DNA of 64,000 nucleotides from Vitrella brassicaformis CCMP3155 (taxonomy: Eukaryota; Protista; Chromerida). The notes beneath the pieces are model-generated. The model did no database searches. It saw only the letters and a program-made list of their open reading frames with translations, and was not told where the DNA came from. A program made the translations under genes and the position numbers. Of the stretch, positions 22,535 through 34,200 are shown piece by piece (the first letter of the stretch is position 1; each line of letters opens with the position of its first letter). The stretch spans positions 1 through 64,000 of the forward strand of contig CDMY01000027.1 of the NCBI GenBank assembly GCA_001179505.1, in the 5' to 3' direction.

Positions 22535-25108
22535 TCAGACATTGATCAAGACCTTGCTCGCCCAGAGGCTGTTACGGCGGGCCACCGCCGTCCGCTGCAG
22601 CAGCGGCGCGAACTGGTTGGCAGCCCCCACATGCTGCGGAGCGGCCATGGGCGCGGGCATCGGCACCGGCATGCTCACGGGAGCGTCGATCGTCATGCCG
22701 GGGAGTGGCTGGGTGCCGTCGTGCAAAATGTCCATCATGTCCGTCAGGGGCGGCGGTGTGAGTGAGAAGGTGGCGGACTCCTGCAGCGTCGGCATCACCA
22801 CGGGCACCTGGGGCGCGTGTTGCAGCGAGGCGAGGGGGAGTCCGGTCTGTGGGTGCCTGGGCACGAAGCCGCCGTCGGGGTTGAAGACGGGAGGTGGGAT
22901 GGATGGAGTGGTGTTGGTCGGGGGCAGCACGGGCAGCATGTGGTCCATCGGCGTCTGCTGCTGCTGCTGGTCGGTCACCACCCTGCCGCCACCGACGCCG
23001 CCCATCATCAGGGCCGGGAAGGCCTCCCGCCCCTCTGCGGCATGGTCCTGTCTCGGCGATGAGTGTTGCGAGCCCATGGGCTCGTCGAAGGTGCCCATGC
23101 CCATACCCATGCCGATGGTCTGGATGGGCTGGACCATGACCGGCGAGGGCGAGGGAGTCGGCGTGAGTGTGGGTGCGGGTGTGGGGCAGTAGCCGAAGGG
23201 CGACGCGCAGGGGGTGGGGCAGCTGCCGGTGAAGCTGTCGGGGGGCGGGATGATGCTGGCAAGAGGTGTGTGGTTGAGCGTGTGGGTGCGCCACAGGTAG
23301 GTCAGCACGGCGCTGTGGGCGTCGTTGCGCACAAACTCGAGTATGCCAAACGCTGAACGATGCACAACACATGCGTGTTGCCTTTCGTGTGTGTGTGTGT
23401 GTGTGTGTGTGCAGCTGACCGTTCCGGTCCGCTGCGAGGTTTCCCAGCATCTCAACCGCGGGCCTGTCACTCGCATGGATCCAGCTCTTGGACAGGGCCA
23501 CCTGGACGTGTCGCAGCGCCTCTTCGGGCTTGATAGGCCAGAACAACGGGTGAGCAGACACCTGCACCAACACATACCGCACCACACAGCACCGATCGAC
23601 CACGTTCCCCCCATCCTCCCCTCCTCTGTATCTGTGCGTGTCTATCTATCTGTGTACCTGCTGCATGGTGGGTCGGCTGTTGGCGTCGTGGTGGAGGAGG
23701 GATGCGACCAAAGTCTTGAACAGCGATTGGGGAGGGCACGCACCGCCCACGAAGGCCGGCTCGTACTCCCAGCCGTTGTTGAGAGTGTCCATCCTGTGAG
23801 CATCACCCACACAACCACACGCACACAGACATACACGTGCACACGAGCGGCTTCCTCCTTGTCCTTTGGCTCACTTGGGGCAGATGGTCTGGGGATTGGT
23901 GGTGTCGTTGCCGAAGGGATGCTCGCCGCCGTTCACGAGGTAATGCAGACACGCACCTACAGCCAGCCATACACACACCATACACACAAGGGACAGACAT
24001 CCATTCTCTCCCTCTCCCTGAGTCACTCGCTACTGACCTGCAGACCACACATCGGCCGTCTTGAAGAACTCTGCCGGCAGCTTGCCGTCATATTGCAGCA
24101 CGATCTCGGGTGGCGCGTGTCGGTGGGGGTCCGCGGCGTATTCGGCCAGCTCAAACAGCATCGTGCGCACCTCGGGCGCCATCCATCTGATCAACGGGGA
24201 CTGACGCAGCTGAACACACACCCACCCACACGCACACACACATACACAGACAGAAAGAGAGAGAGCGGTTGGTGAGAGGACCTGCTGTGTTGTGTGTGTT
24301 GTGCAGGTTACGGCTTTGATGGTATTGATGGCGAGCTCGAGTGCGCTGTGTCCGCCGCCCGTCTTAAGGGCCCTCACGGCCATGTTGAGGACAACGAGAT
24401 TGCCATCGAATCCCAACTGAAACAAAGGCAGAGACAGGCAACACACACAAAGAAGGTGTCACTTGGCGATGGGTATTGTGCTGTGTCTGTGCCACCAATT
24501 GATACCCACTGGCTGACCGTGGGTATGTTGTTGGTGACGCAGAGGCACTGGGGCGAGAGGGCCGTGTGGGCCCAGCCCTGCTCGTGCAGACCCGCCACCG
24601 ACTCGACGAACCCGTTCAGCACACGCAACACTACACACACACACACACACACACATGCATCCCCAATCTCTCTCTCTCTCTCTCTCTCTCCTGTCAGTGC
24701 CCCACGACTCACTCACCGTTGATGCTGGCGCTCAGCCCACTTGTGCCCATCCAGCCCTCCTGCAGCCCTCGGAGCATCGCGTCGTTGCCCAGCAGCAGGT
24801 GGTCAAACCGCGCCGTGACGATGTCCAGGACGGGTGCAGGCGGGCCCATGGAGGCGTGTGGGTGTCCTCCGTTGAGCAGGCCCATCCAGTGGACGCCCTG
24901 CAGCCCGCCCCACTGGATGTGGGTGAGGCTGCCGCTGTGGGTAATGGGTGTGGCTGTCTGGAAGAACGGGCTGGCGAGGTCTTGGTGGCAATCGATGACC
25001 CACTCGTAGGGCTGGTTGTGCTCCAGGGAGAAATGCTGGCACACAAACACAGGTACACACGAAGGGAGGGAGAGATACACCGATTGCGAGCGGGCATGCA
25101 GCCGCTTT

Positions 25109-25140
<32 letters not shown>

Positions 25141-27234
25141 GTGCGTGTGTGTGTGTGTGTTGTGTGGGGGTACCTGAATCATGACGGGCACGATGAATTG
25201 CCTGTTGCCGTTCACACGGCACTCCATGTTGCCGCTGAACAGACTGCAGAAGATGGGACTCTCGTAGACCTGACAGACACTACGCAACGGACACACGACA
25301 CAGTGCATGTGTGTACCTGTCCGGATGTGTTGTGCGCATGCAGTGTTGACAGCCCAACCCACCGGGAGAGGCGAGCTGGTGATGCGCACCGTCCTCTTGC
25401 CGTCGAGCGCCACGGCCATCGGGGCGGACGACCCGGGCCAGCCGCCCACACCCTGAGTGCCTCTGCCCGACACATACGACCTGACACACACACACACACA
25501 CACACACGTGTCCCTTCCTCCCTCCCTCCCTCCCTCTCTCTGTCTCTCTCCCACCACACCCACCTGTTGCTGCCGTTGGATGCTGCGTGGTTTCTGCGGT
25601 CGCGAGGCACGGTGTGGTGGCTCCCTCCCAATTCCAGCGACAGGAATCTGTCGTCGTACACCACCGGCAGAATCGCCTTCACCGCCGAGCGGTCATGGAC
25701 GTTGATCTCTGCGCAGACGCAGCAAACAGAACGGTCGGTGTGGTCGATGGCCGTGTCTGTCTGAGTGTGTGTTGTCGTGCTTGTTTACGCAGGTAGTCGT
25801 TGAGCTCATCAGTTGATGTCGTCGAACGGCGCTCGGCGTCGGAGTGGTCTGCGTAGAATGCAGGTCAGGATTGACGGATGGATTGAAAGAGCCATCTGTG
25901 CGTTTTGCCGTGTGTGTGTGTGTGTGTGTGCTTACAGCAGGGGCAGCAGCCGGGCGGGCACTGGCCGGGCTCATAGGGGCACGGGATCTGCTTGTACACC
26001 TGACCCAAATGCGCACACACAGAGGGAGAGAGACAACTGCCCGTGCGTGTAATTGGGCCGGTGAGTCTGCCTGTGTGTCTGTGTGTCTGTGTGTGTGCGA
26101 GCGACAAGGGGGTGGTAGAACTGCTCCTCCTACAAAGACACAGACAGACCCACACACAACACAAGAGGAGAACATGCACGTGTGTGTGGGTGGGTGGGTG
26201 TGTGTGTTCGTGCCCCCACGCCCACCGCACCCACCCGTGAGTGGCTGAAGTCACACTGGCGCCATCTGCAGGCCCTTGCAGGCACACCAACACACAGACA
26301 GCAATGTACAAGCCACTGTCTGCGCGTGTGTATATGCGTGTATATAGGCAAGCGAGTGGCTGGTTGGGTGGCGTACCTCTGGCAGCTTCTCTCCGTGATG
26401 ACGTCGACGTCATACTGGTGGGACCTGCCATCATCGTCCTTCCTCCAGCGGGACTGCCGCGTGATGGTGATGTGGGGGCACAACTTCGGCTTGTAGGCAT
26501 ACTAATGATGGATGTATCGATAACACACACACACACACACAAACAATCATACCCACACACAGGTGAGTGAATGCACTCGTTGGCCTGCTCACCTTGTGCT
26601 GGTGGTGCTGGTGGTGGCGTGGTGTGCGGTAGAAGTGCCGGTCCTGCTGTGCCGTGACTTCCGTCGGACGACGCAGCCAGTCCGGGCAGTGAGAGAACTT
26701 GCACCTGGAGCCGCACACACCACACAACACCACACAGCACAGCACGGTAGCTACGACTCTTGATTGTGTCTCCCTCCTTTGTCGTGTGTGCGTGTTGGCT
26801 GCCTCTCTGCCCCTCCCTCCCTCCCTCCCTCCCTCCCTCTCTCCCCTCCAATGCAGGTGCTCTCTGCTGCCTACCGGGCGCCGTATTCGCAGACGTTCTT
26901 GTAGCAAAGGGCGCACTTGGCCATGTGGTGCTCCTTGCATAGGTTAGTGTTCCAAATCTGCTTGAGGCTTTCGCCTGACGCACACACGCCACACAACACA
27001 GGTCAGCCAACGCACGCGAACACACACACACACACACACGCGAGACACAGCACACCTACCCCTCCCCTCCTCTCGCTTGTTGCCCTCTGTCCCCCTCTCT
27101 GTCTGTGTGCAGCAGCGTGTGTCTGACTCACATGGCCATCTGCGAAACTTGGACAGCTGCTCCTCTGTGAGCGTCGTGGAGCACCCACACCTCACACGAG
27201 GCGAGGTGCCCGGTTTCCACGTCGGTCCTCGCAT
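22535..27234 (-). CDS. Tandem CCCH zinc finger + IRE1/RNase L-like pseudokinase + truncated KEN-like region + Pro/Gln/Met-rich tail
   Basis: Spliced exons give CALCYKNVCEYGARCKFSH, YKPKLCP..SCQRACRWRQCDFSH and EEQFYHPLVYKQIPCPYEPGQCPPGCCPCYH. The kinase C-lobe reads RWMAPEV..TADVWSAGACLHYLVNGGEHPFG..SRPTMQQVSAHPLFW, followed by ILEFVRNDAH. Stop at 22535. Confidence 0.8.
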
Positions 27235-28216
27235 GGGGGTGGCCGTACGATGACACAAACGACGCAGCAGAGTGGAAAAGGCGACGCCGAGATCTCTCTC
27301 AACGATCGACCTACTCGAGAAGATTCGCGCAGGCGCGCAGGCGCGCAGGAATACGCACAATCAGGTGGCGGGGGCTGCCTGGAAGCTGTCTTGTCGAGTA
27401 AGTTGACTACTCCCAGTGCCCATATGTGATGTATTTTGAGGTGGGGGTTCAGCCACGAGGCCGCGGAAGCGATTGGAGGGTCAAGGAGCACAAACAATTG
27501 AGGGATTCTGCCAGGGGAAGGTCATCGAGGGGGTGATGGGAGAGCCAGGTGTCTCTTACGGGGCAGTAGGCTCACCAGGGGGCTGCAGATGAGAGGAGGG
27601 CGCAAGGGACGTGCGAAAAGATGTGAAGGCTGCAGTGAGCGACAGCTCACGGACACAGAAGAACCAATGGACTGAGCTTGCATGGATTTCACGGTCAAAA
27701 TGCGGAAACTGGGTGCGCCTGCTCAATGCAACGTGAACAGCACGCAGAAGGGCCTTTAACACGTGAAGAAAGGACGAAAAACCCTTGAGAACGACATACT
27801 TTCGAGCCATTCAGCTGCACACAAGCCCATCGCTGCCTCGAAAGGAGCCTCAAGCAGCCCAGGGTGTCAATATTGTGCTGCACTGAGTGCTCACAGGAGC
27901 AGAAAGCGATGGGAAAGCGCATCACAGGAAGCCCAACTGCATTTTTGGGTCCCTAGAGAATTGGGGCCACATAACAAGCGGTTCTCTGTTGCTCCCGTCG
28001 CTAAAAAACGCTCTCCTCGGCCGCTGGGATGCGCAACAAGGCGTTTTTTCTAGGGCCCCTCGACTCACGGGATTCCAAGATCGGGTCCACGCGAAGCGCC
28101 CCCATCCATCCGTTCGACCCCCATGTGCATCGCGTCCGCCAAATGTCGTGATCGAAAGCTGCACCGGCGTCTGTGCGACAGCGATACATGAGCCTGGCAT
28201 CAGAGGACTAAACAGC

Positions 28217-31200
28217 ATGCTCCTGACAGCTTGCCTCGTAATTGGTAGGCATTTATATGACATCTGAGTCAGCTCTCTTCCCTCTCCTGTCTGACGAAAA
28301 GAATGTCCCGTGTCTTACAGGAGGCATCCTGTTGCGGCCTTGCCAGGGCTCCACCAATTATGGAGAGCCAGCTTTCCCAGACGAGTGGATCTTCAGACCT
28401 TCATCGTGTTCCGTCAGTACAGGATGTATGTGTTGCGCTCTCATGTGTCCTTTTTTCCTTCTCTTCCACTCATTAGTACTACTACTACGACCCCGACGTG
28501 GAACAGAGCTTCGACAACGCGCAGAGCTCGTGTTGGAATACAAATACCTCCATGAGCGGTGACCTGGTAAGGTGAGGTGGAAGTCTTATGTATATCCCAG
28601 TCCACTTCCGTGTGTATGGTTATGCATGTCAGCTGATCGTGGACGACTCATATGAAGCTCAATGGGTCGCGGATCAGATCGTCTCGGCAGGCGACCACGG
28701 CAAGAAATTCTGGGCAGCCTTCAAACGAGTACGCAGACCAGTCAGGACGTTTATCGATGACAGCGTGCTCGTATCGGCCCTTTTCGCGCTCAGCACGGGG
28801 TTACTCCTGACGGGGAGCCCCCCATTCTGCCCGAAGTAGGAGGGACCAAAGCAGGTCAACTGACATGCATACTCCATGCATACATACACGCGTACATACC
28901 CACGGAGACACCATGCGCACCCCCTTGTTCTCGTTCCCGGCTTTTCTCTGTGTCAGATCGCCATGGTTGGTATCCGGCTGGCGAATGGGAGTGGACCTCT
29001 CCGTCGAGAGGGTTATGGGATATCGCATGGAGACCTCGTCAACCTTGGGACTATAATAAGGGTCGTCAAGTTGCTTCCACATTGATATCGAAAGCACGCT
29101 GCTGTGACCTGATGTGCTTGAATCTTTTACGTCAGATTATGGGCGCGTCGACGTCAGGAAAATCGAGTGGGAGGAACCTTGGTATCAGAGGAGCCAACAT
29201 GCTTCTGCTTTGTCTGGTACCATTTGAAGCCAATGATCATATTGCAGGCGGCTGGCGCTCTCCACGAAGGATCCTGGAAATGACAATCGAGCCATCGTAA
29301 GCGACGGAGACGCCATCGCTCCTGGAAGCAATCTTGTCACAATGTGCTGCTCCTTGTGCTGCTTTTGATGCTTGAACAGTGCGAGAAGAAGCTCAGCGGC
29401 TGCAGTAGGAAAGGAAGAACACACACATTTTTACCCCTATTGCATGTCTCCCTTCGTTTGTGTAGCCGAGCACCCCACTGTCATGATAACGACACCCACG
29501 AGCTTTCCCGACCCCAAAAAGAAATTCGTCGACGTAACCCTGACGTTCTCGGATGACATTTCCGACCTCACCTTTCCAGATTTCTCCGACTTGACAAGCT
29601 GGCAATGTGCCGGCGGGGTAAATGCGGCGATAGAGGGGATCAACTATACGAGCAGCAACGTGATAGAGGAGAGGCTCTGGCCCGTGCAGCCAGGCTGGCT
29701 TACGCTCCACGTGCCCAGCAATGTTTTCACTCGCACCAGCGACGGGCTGCCCAACACTCCATCAAACACACTCATCGTGTACTCGGGTGCGTATCACAGC
29801 AGGCTTTGCAGAGGGACTTGTATAAGGGACATATGGTGAGCAGCGTATGTGTGTCTGCCAGGCTGCAACACGACTTGGGGCTCGAAAAGATCGACCATCC
29901 CAATGGCAAGTGACACTGCTTACTCCTGGTGGCATTGCGGTAAGAGGTCAAGACATTCTTTACCTCTACGGGCCTTCTCGCAATCTGATTCATTCCACGT
30001 GTCAGGTCGACTCTGCTACGATGACCCCACGTGTGAGATGTACGCGTTCGACGCTCAGACGGGAATCGTCGGTGGAGCGGGGGGTAACCCAGATGCAACA
30101 GACTGTCTTCTCTACGGAGACACAGGCGATGCGGACATTCCAGCTGGGAGCATGATAACCAGCGTCAGGACATGCGCCACCAAAACCGGTGAAGGCGGCT
30201 GGAAATCAGACAAACGAGACATAGTTGTGTATGCGTCGTCTTTGTTGTCGATCCAGACACGCAACCGCCCGAGATATCGTTCGTACGGAAGATCGATCGT
30301 CTTGGGGATGAAGAAGACAATGCTGTGCCCGGTGGGGCCATCTTCGTCAATTATGACAGCCAAAACAACGTTCAGGTCGTGACTGAACTCCACTTCAGCG
30401 ACCTAGTAGAGAACGTCGACCACAGCGATCTCGAAATCACATGGACAAATGGCGGATCATCTGGCTCTGTGAGCTACACGGTCGACAACGTTGTCCTGGA
30501 AAAGGTTTTAAAAAGCCCGCCGCCTTCATGGGACCAAGAGCTAGGAGAGAAGCCGTCCAAGAAGTATAGATTTCAGGTGGAAAACGAGCAGGGCACTGCA
30601 AAAACATTCCTTTGTTTTCTCTGCGGTGTTGGTATATGTTGATAGCTTGCGCTCGTCAACAAGCCTGCATGGATCACCGCGGCCAACGTCACTATCGGGC
30701 TCAAGGGGTCCTCCGACATCACCGATTACTCAGGCAACACCATCAGCCCATCGCATGAGCCCATCACCTTCGTTATACGGCCTAGACGTGAGAAGCACAG
30801 GTGGAGAGACAGAGACAAGCGGGCACTCTTTGTCTTCTGTCATGTACGCAGCGTGTGACACGATGAAGATACTGAACGACACCGACCTGGCAGGAGGCGA
30901 TCTCATTCGCTACGGGGGATTAAAGGATATGACGTTTGAGACCTGTGCAGCCAAGTGCCGAGTGCTGCCAGAGTGTGAGGGCTTCGCCTTTGGAAAGTCT
31001 TCTGACAAGTGCTATCTCAAGTGGGGCAGCCAGGAGATGGGGGACAAGGGGTGGCAAGAGCTCACGTCAAAACCTAACTTCGACTCTGCGTATTTCGACT
31101 GCTCCTGTGCGGCGAACTGCTTCGGTAATCGACCATGTCTGTTCTTTTTGCATCATTGACGCATCTATGATCCTGTGCATTGCTGCCTCGCTATGTGAAT

Positions 31201-34200
31201 GTGTTCATCGATCAGAGGTGCCGTTGCCTGAGATCTGCGGCGACTTTGTTGTGGTTGGCGCCGAAACCTGCGATGGTCTGCAATCGCTTTCTTGACGCCT
31301 GACAAAGTGTCTTGACGCCTGCAATCGTTTTCTTGTTCCTTGGACTCAGACGGGAACACTGCGGCGGGCGACGGATGTTCAGAGACATGCCAGACAGAAC
31401 CAGGATGGACATGCCCCATCCCAGGAGAGCCTTGCTGTAAGCGCATGACAGGATGGCAGCGATACACTCATTCTTGTGAGCTCTCTGCTGGCTTGCATGT
31501 ACCTTCGGTCGCCAACCTCAGTTCTTGTGACGACCACGACAACGACATTGCCACCGTCGACAACCGCCCAACCTCCGCCAGCAACCACGGCTGCACCGAC
31601 CACAGGCGCTGTTGTCCCGTCAGTGCCCACTGCACCGCCGACAATAGCCCCTCAGCCAGAAACTTCCACGACGGAGCCGCCAATGGCGCCCACAAGTGAG
31701 TGAGAAAGATACGCGAGAGGCACAATGAACGTCGACCGGCTGGCTGCTGCTGCCTGCGTGTTTGTCTTTAGCTGGTGCGCCTCCGGTGGTTGCCCCGCCG
31801 GTGGACGTGGACGATGTCACAGACAACCTAGACGATCTCAAAGTGATTGGCCCCAACCGAGACACGAGACACTTGCATCGGTCCATGTATGTCTCATGTG
31901 TGCGCGTGTCTCTTTCACTTGTTGCAGAACCAGGATGCAGTTGACGTGTCGGATGCAGAGGACACCATCGGCGGTCTGCTGGGCGGTGAGGGCGAGGAAC
32001 CACCCACACCGCCGCCCGTCGAGTCTCCCAACGACTTCAGCTCTCGGCTCCTCAAAGCCATCAACGTCGCCAAAGTGGCCCGCAAAGAGGACATGGCCGG
32101 GCTGGCAAAGCCCAATTCCACACAGGAAGAGACCAAGGCACAAAGGAAAGCCGTCGTGAAGGCACTCATGCGCAACCTGCAAAAGGTATATGACGACACG
32201 CAGACAGGCAAGGACAGCACCCAATTTCTCTGTCCTGTGTGCGGCTGGTCAGGCTGCTGTCGATCGGTCGACAAAGTTGAGTGATGTGTCGAGCAGCCCG
32301 GCTGAAGTGCTCTTGTCCGCCGTCACGCTGGTCACCACCGTCGAGACGGCCGATGAGACAGGTACGGCGCGTAGAAAGGCCACAAGATCACCTGGCCGAG
32401 GTCTGCATCTCTTGTATCTGCAGAGAACGACGACATGGACACGGCGGAGGCGGGCGTCGCGACATTCAAGGCTCTCGCGGCCGTCTCGGCGGACACCATC
32501 TCCCAGCCCGACGACACCCCCGCGAATGCCGTCAAGGAGCTGCAGGGCCTTCAGTACTATCTCGATGGGGCGGCCGGCCTCCTCAGACAGCTCAACAGGA
32601 CAGCAAAGGCGGACCGACACCTTCGGCGGCTGACACCGGCTGCCAACGAGAGCTATCACACGTTGTCATCTGATATCATCGGCACCACAGCCCAGCTGGC
32701 CGACAGCCTCGCCACACGCGCAGCCGCACACTCAAACGGCACGGCCGAAGTGGCGGGCGCCAAGACGCGGCTGAAGGTCGCCCGCACAGACACGGCCAGT
32801 GGGGCCACACTCACGATCAAGGACACCAATGTAGTTGTGGACATGCCTTCATTGCCATCCATCCCGCCGGCCGTGTGCGCCGATGGTGGCGGGCTGCGCG
32901 AGAGTGTGCAGATGACCCTCTGGGCCGACGACCCATACGCTTATGCCGCTGACGAGGAGCCAATGGCCGACCTGACGGCCAACGACACTCTCACGAATGC
33001 AGCGCAGGGCACTTTGGCTGTGTCGGCCCGACAGTGCGGCAGCGACCTGCAGCTGACGGCGGGTGACGGTCAGCAAGAGCCCTTCCGGCTGTTCATCCCT
33101 CGCCCCTCAGCTGACAGCGTGCCGGCGGCTGGCAATGTCTCTGTCAATGGGACGGAGAGGGCGTACGACGTCCATGTGGTGTGCGGCTTCTGGAACACAT
33201 CGACGCACCAGTGGGACACACAAGGTCAGCCATGCACACGTGTGGCGCACGGATCAATCGGTCGACCAATGAATCAACGGGTGTGTGTATATGTGTGTAG
33301 GCTGTCAAGTGAATTTGGCTCTGTCGAATGAGACGACCCTCTGTTGCGAGTGTACTCACCTCACAGAATTCTCTTCACTCTTCAGGTCAGCTGACGTGAC
33401 ACACCCAGGCCATGATGCGTGTGTGAGTGCTTGCATTGTGTCTGCAGGAGTGTGATTGTTGACAGCCACATTGCAGGGGTGGTGGGTGGAGCTGGTGACT
33501 CCCTCGCCAGGATGGCCGACATCACCGCGTGGACACAAAACATAGCCGCCTTCTTCGTGTCGATAATGATCGCCATACACTCCACTTGTCTGCTGCTGTC
33601 TCTCTACTTCGACTGCAAAAACCCGTAAGCACACAAAACATGAACCACAACCGTCGTTGCTGTTCGTTGTCGGTTCGTCAGTATCACTGATCAGCTCTTG
33701 TTGGACATATGGTCAGTCAATACACAGCGCACCGCATCATTGTGTTCTGAATTTGTTATCCACCTGTGTGATTGGTTGGTTGTTTCATCAGGATGACCGA
33801 TCCACTGCTCGAGTGGGGACACCTATACATGTTTACTGTGTATATGCACCAATGTTCTCACTCTTGTTCTGTTGTCTGCTGTGTGCCGGTTGTCGCGACA
33901 GCACACGACACAAAGCCGTAAGCACACTCATGCCTATACCAACGGCAGGAGATGGACTCACATTCCCTTCGGTCTTGGTCTTCATGCGCAGCGGTCGAGA
34001 TTGCAGCGCAGCATCAATGGTTGTGTCGGCCGTCGGTGCTATCACCCCTGGTGGTGCGACTTCCTCGTCTGCCGCATCTTCGGCGGCATCTACATGCACT
34101 GCCGAAACAGAGAGCCCACTCTCCATCTCCAGGAACTTCGGACACTCAGGTGAATAAAATCCCGTAACGGAAGACATGCCAGGCCATGAGTATTTGTCTC

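Noticed and set aside
21678-23192. 504-aa plus-strand ORF
   Set aside because: The first half is translated microsatellite and the second half is the antisense shadow of the Pro-rich last exon on the minus strand.
22535-27234. Canonical IRE1 ER-stress sensor
   Set aside because: No signal peptide, lumenal domain or TM helix, and the catalytic kinase motifs are degenerate; reported only as IRE1/RNase L-like.
27990-28055. Inverted repeat AAAAAACGC...GCGTTTTTT followed by CTAG
   Set aside because: The 9-bp stem is mostly A/T homopolymer with a long loop and no partner terminus; it is compatible with chance.
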